Virus record (IMG/VR): IMGVR_UViG_3300005805_000366
Coordinates: 1-27,863 of that record
Source of the DNA: a virus
Lineage: Duplodnaviria; Caudoviricetes
DNA: 27,863 nucleotides
Reading direction: 5' to 3' (one strand)
In this document: piece by piece, positions 24,886 to 27,863 of the stretch
Position numbering within the stretch: the first letter of the stretch is position 1
How the letters are laid out: each line of letters starts with the position of its first letter
The notes under the pieces: model-generated
Seen by the model: the letters and a program-made list of their open reading frames with translations, nothing else
Databases searched by the model: none
What the model was told of the DNA's origin: nothing
Position numbers and translations under genes: made by a program

Positions 24886-25602
24886 ATGAAATATTTTAAA
24901 TTTACACAAATTTCAGCCGAATCGGGTGTTTCTTGGATGATTGAGCAACCACTATCAGGTCCATCTTTACCTCATTCCATATTACCCGGCCTTACTAATA
25001 TAACCCAGCTTGCCCATACCCCTGCATATTATATTGGTCAAGTTGACGATTCCGCTCAACCTAATCCAGATAATTATATTTTTGATTTAACAGAAGAAGA
25101 ACGAGCTTTAGAGCTTTCTAAGCATGTCGAACATGTTCGTAATCAAAAACTAGAAAAAATTTATCGCGAAGAAAAAGAATATCGTCAAGCTATTTTTTCT
25201 AAATACGATGAGTCTGCTTCTATTGCCGGTGTTTATAAATATGAAGAAGCTAAAACTTTATTAGCAGATAGTGCAGCTTCTGCAGTATTAATAAGACAAG
25301 AGGCTTCTATTAGAGGAATGGCCCCAGTTGCACTTGCACAAAAAATATTTGATAATCATGAAAGTTTTAGAAGCAAAGAAGCTAAAATTGCAGGTATAAG
25401 AGGTATGGTATTAGACCGTCTTACAAGTTATACTTTTGATTTAAATAATCCTGATACCTCAGTAGAAGAATTTTTCGCTACAGAAAAAATAGGCGAAAAA
25501 ACAGTTGAAAAATATATTGATGGTACTTTAACAGTTGTTACAGAAGATGTTGTTGTAGGTAAGTATGACCTAGCAATAGATTCCAGATTTTCCGCTCTAT
25601 AA
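24886..25602 (+). CDS. Hypothetical protein, possibly tail-fibre assembly chaperone-like
   Basis: Lies between the two RCC1 genes. The helical segment KYEEAK...LIRQEASIRG....LAQKI resembles fibre-associated chaperone-type proteins (inference). Confidence 0.55.
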   Translation: MKYFKFTQISAESGVSWMIEQPLSGPSLPHSILPGLTNITQLAHTPAYYIGQVDDSAQPNPDNYIFDLTEEERALELSKHVEHVRNQKLEKIYREEKEYRQAIFSKYDESASIAGVYKYEEAKTLLADSAASAVLIRQEASIRGMAPVALAQKIFDNHESFRSKEAKIAGIRGMVLDRLTSYTFDLNNPDTSVEEFFATEKIGEKTVEKYIDGTLTVVTEDVVVGKYDLAIDSRFSAL

Positions 25603-25608
25603 TAAAAA

Positions 25609-26742
25609 ATGACAATTACAGCTAACTGCCAGGGTGTCTGGATACTTGACGATACCTATAAAAAAATCTTAAGAAATTGCTGGATACCAGCATGTGGTGG
25701 CAGTCTATGGGGATGGGGTTTAAACACTTCTTCCCAAATAGGTAATGGATCGACATCAAGTGTATCTTCCCCCGTACAAATACCGGGAACTCAGTGGACA
25801 CAGGTATCAGCAAGTCCACGTGGATCCTTCACTTTAGGTGTTAAAAATGACAATACCCTCTGGGCCTGGGGTTCAAATGGTAGTGGTGAATTAGGTGATA
25901 GTAGTAACGCAACAAGAAACTCCCCTGTACAAGTACCCGGTACATCCTGGTGCTTAGCATCAGCAGGAGCTTCTCATTCAGTAGCTTTAAAAAAAGACGG
26001 TACCTTGTGGGTGTGGGGATCTAATGGTTGCGGCGGTCTAGGTCAAAACGATATTAGTAACAGAAATTCACCGGTACAGATACCCGGTACTGCTTGGTGT
26101 CAGGCAGCAGCAGGTGAAAACTGGACGGGGGGAATTAAAACGGACGGAACCATGTGGCTTGTAGGGGCTAATAACTTCGGACGTATGGCTAATAATACAG
26201 AAGGTATACCAGTTTCATCCCCGGTTCAGGTACCTGGTACAGCCTGGTGTAAAGTATCCCCAGGGGCCGACCATGGTCTTGCTTTAAAAACAAATAATAC
26301 GTTATGGATATGGGGTGATGCAGGTGCGGGTGAACTCGGTCTTAATAATGTTGTACGGGTAAGCTCACCTACCCAGGTACCCGGTACACAATGGGTGGAT
26401 GCAAGTGCAGGAGATAATACTACAATTGCAGTTAAGAGTGATGGAACCTTGTGGACATGGGGGGAAAATACTTCCGGTACATTAGGCCTTGATACAGTTA
26501 TTCCTAGATCTTCTCCTAATCAAATACCCGGTACGCTATGGCTGGCAGCAGATATATCAGCTACTGTTGGAGCTGCTACAAAAACAGACGGCACTTTATG
26601 GGTCTGGGGTAATAATGCAGCAGGAGCAGTTGGAGATGGCACTGTGGTAAGTAAATCTTCACCTGTACAAATTCCCGGTACACAATGGAAGTGTATATCT
26701 GCTGGCCAATGTTTTACTTTTGCTTCAAAATGCTCAACATAA
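25609..26742 (+). CDS. RCC1-like repeat (7-blade beta-propeller) protein, paralogue
   Basis: Seven SSPVQ[IV]PGT.W units with LWxWG motifs; N-terminal GVWIL motif. Confidence 0.88.
   Translation: MTITANCQGVWILDDTYKKILRNCWIPACGGSLWGWGLNTSSQIGNGSTSSVSSPVQIPGTQWTQVSASPRGSFTLGVKNDNTLWAWGSNGSGELGDSSNATRNSPVQVPGTSWCLASAGASHSVALKKDGTLWVWGSNGCGGLGQNDISNRNSPVQIPGTAWCQAAAGENWTGGIKTDGTMWLVGANNFGRMANNTEGIPVSSPVQVPGTAWCKVSPGADHGLALKTNNTLWIWGDAGAGELGLNNVVRVSSPTQVPGTQWVDASAGDNTTIAVKSDGTLWTWGENTSGTLGLDTVIPRSSPNQIPGTLWLAADISATVGAATKTDGTLWVWGNNAAGAVGDGTVVSKSSPVQIPGTQWKCISAGQCFTFASKCST
25768..26675 (+). repeat. Coding direct repeats of RCC1 protein 2
   Basis: Units start at 25768, 25921, 26068, 26218, 26365, 26512 and 26659 (spacing 147-153 nt). 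Confidence 0.85.
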
Positions 26743-26745
26743 TTT

Positions 26746-27099
26746 ATGAACTTATTTAATTATGTAACGGTTATTCCAAATTGTATATGTAAAGAACTTG
26801 TACAGGTATTTTTAAATTTAAAACACAACGAAACATCGCCTGCATTAGTTGTTAACGATGGTGATCATAAATGCAACCCGGAATATCGAGTTACTAACTG
26901 GATTGCCCTACCACCTGATCTTGCTAATAATACCTTAAATTCTATAGGTAATTTATACAACAGCACTTTAATTGATACGTATAAACACGGTATTAAAGGT
27001 ATTGAACCTCCGCAGTTTTTATATTATAATGTTGGTGGCAAGTATGACCTACATAATGACAGTGAGGATTTTGTAAATGGAAAAATTACAAGAATATGC
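26746..27099 (+). CDS. 2OG-Fe(II) oxygenase (prolyl 4-hydroxylase-like), N-terminal half only; frame continues into a Cas5-like sequence
   Basis: Manual translation: MNLFNYVTVIPN...EYRVTNW...IEPPQFLYYNVGGKYDLHNDSEDFVNGKITRIC. QFLxY..GGxY..HxD (HND at 27052-27060) is the phage 2OG-Fe(II) oxygenase motif. The expected YLNDDY.GG and distal His/Arg are absent. Confidence 0.75.
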
Positions 27100-27136
27100 T
27101 GGCGACTTTGTAAATCGAGTTTTACAGGCATCTTAA
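27077..27136 (+). other. Possible 3' tail of a foreign upstream gene (cas7 expected by synteny)
   Basis: An alternative frame reads (M)EKLQEYAGDFVNRVLQAS-stop, ending 2 nt before the Cas5-like ATG, which is operon-like spacing. The cas7 identity is inference only. Confidence 0.35.
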
Positions 27137-27138
27137 CT

Positions 27139-27863
27139 ATGTACTGCCTAGAATTTACGATTAAACCAACGGCGGCGATGACATTTCGCATCTTACCAGG
27201 TTCAATTCTCAATATTGCTACTTATCCGTTTGTACCGCCAACTACCTTGTCGGGATACTTACGCAGATTAGCAATGTTGAGCGCAGGGCAGGAACTCCCA
27301 GAAACTAGGGTTAACAACGAAAATCCACCTGTTTATGCTTTGCCATCTAAATATCTGAGTTTAGGTGCTTACCCTAAACTAGACGCATGGAGTGGCATTC
27401 ATCGCACTTATCGCAAGGGTATGAGAAGCTTTAACCATGATGATTTCTCTAAACTCTATGTTGATGGCAAAGGTGAAGATTTTCAACTGCATACTTGGGA
27501 ATACCTAATCGTTGATGAGCTTGTGGGTTATGTTGCTGCCGAATCTTTGGAAGGATTAGAACACTTTCAAGATCTTGTTGGCTATGGTTGCAAAATCGGA
27601 AAGGAAGGATATGCCTACATTACTGATATTTCCGATCAGCCCATAGAACTAGAGTTAGTAACAACTGCGGCACATCCTTCCACGATTTTACCGATGGAAG
27701 CTTTGCTAAATAGCAATCAATTTATCGGTGGATGCGATATCTATAACCTTTATCGCTACGAGTGGGAAAATGGCGATCGCTCTTTACCCTTTGGCGATGG
27801 CTTTCTCGACAGTGAGCCAACACCAGTTAAAGGCTTTACCCCTTTTGTCTGTGCCTATTTCCC
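27139..27863 (+). CDS. cas5: CRISPR-associated Cas5-family (RAMP) protein, 3'-truncated by the window end; subtype not assigned
   Basis: Manual translation (241 codons, no stop): MYCLEFTIKPTAAMTFRILPGSILNIATYPFVPPTTLSGYLRRL...LHTWEYLI...GYGCKIGKEGY. TYPxxPPTTxxGxL (27220-27261) after a first beta-strand, a later EYL strand and a Gly-rich loop (27580-27609) are Cas5 hallmarks. Confidence 0.75.
   Translation, partial: MYCLEFTIKPTAAMTFRILPGSILNIATYPFVPPTTLSGYLRRLAMLSAGQELPETRVNNENPPVYALPSKYLSLGAYPKLDAWSGIHRTYRKGMRSFNHDDFSKLYVDGKGEDFQLHTWEYLIVDELVGYVAAESLEGLEHFQDLVGYGCKIGKEGYAYITDISDQPIELELVTTAAHPSTILPMEALLNSNQFIGGCDIYNLYRYEWENGDRSLPFGDGFLDSEPTPVKGFTPFVCAYF
27773..27780. repeat. HIP1 octamer GCGATCGC
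   Basis: Exact palindrome inside the Cas5-like gene. None was noticed by eye in the preceding phage DNA. Confidence 0.6.

Noticed and set aside
23881-26675. Regularly spaced DNA repeats near a cas5-like gene, considered as a CRISPR array
   Set aside because: Spacing is 141-171 nt and always a multiple of 3, variation is concentrated at third codon positions, and the repeats encode SPVQIP within RCC1 ORFs. No true repeat-spacer array was seen in the window.
23722-26742. Diversity-generating retroelement TR/VR pair
   Set aside because: No near-identical pair of about 100 nt differing only at adenines was seen, and there is no reverse transcriptase in the window.
27067-27115. 12-nt imperfect repeat with a 37-nt period, considered as a mini CRISPR unit
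   Set aside because: Too short, only two copies and not palindromic. Kept only as a junction feature.
146-27212. Short overlapping ORFs in the track (for example 146-433, 2971-3435, 5682-6092, 8824-9321, 16656-17006, 22420-22806, 27024-27212)
   Set aside because: They are antisense or alternate-frame shadows of well-supported genes, with no recognisable motifs.
1-27863. Alternative genetic code, introns or inteins, tRNAs, intrinsic terminators
   Set aside because: Genes tile the window under the standard code, no intein or homing-endonuclease motifs were seen, and intergenic gaps are too short to hold RNA genes or strong hairpins.

Overview
About 27 kb of this window is the virion-morphogenesis (baseplate and tail) module of a T4-like myovirus, with the gene order typical of environmental/cyanophage-type T4 relatives. 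The host cannot be determined from the sequence. Minus strand: gp4, gp2, a gp54/gp19-like tube protein, gp26 and a partial gp51-like segment. Plus strand: gp48, gp53, a gp27-like hub, a gp5 spike split over two genes, a gp5.1-like gene, PAAR gp5.4, gp25, gp6, gp7, a tail-collar-like protein, gp8, a 1744-aa VrlC/DUF4815-like protein, a fibre protein and two RCC1-repeat propellers. Four things stand out. (1) A candidate programmed -1 frameshift (T TTT TTC, 110-116) joins gp26 to the gp51-like frame, in the style of lambda G/GT. (2) The split gp5 carries two non-T4 cell-wall hydrolase domains (VgrG3-like and peptidase M15-like). (3) Late-promoter boxes sit where they would give leaderless mRNAs. 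(4) An ORF missing from the supplied track (26746 to the window end) begins as a phage 2OG-Fe(II) oxygenase, breaks off after its HxD motif and runs in frame into a Cas5-family gene with cyanobacterial signatures. This is either a captured cas locus or a chimeric contig end. All family calls come from motif recognition and synteny; no searches were run.
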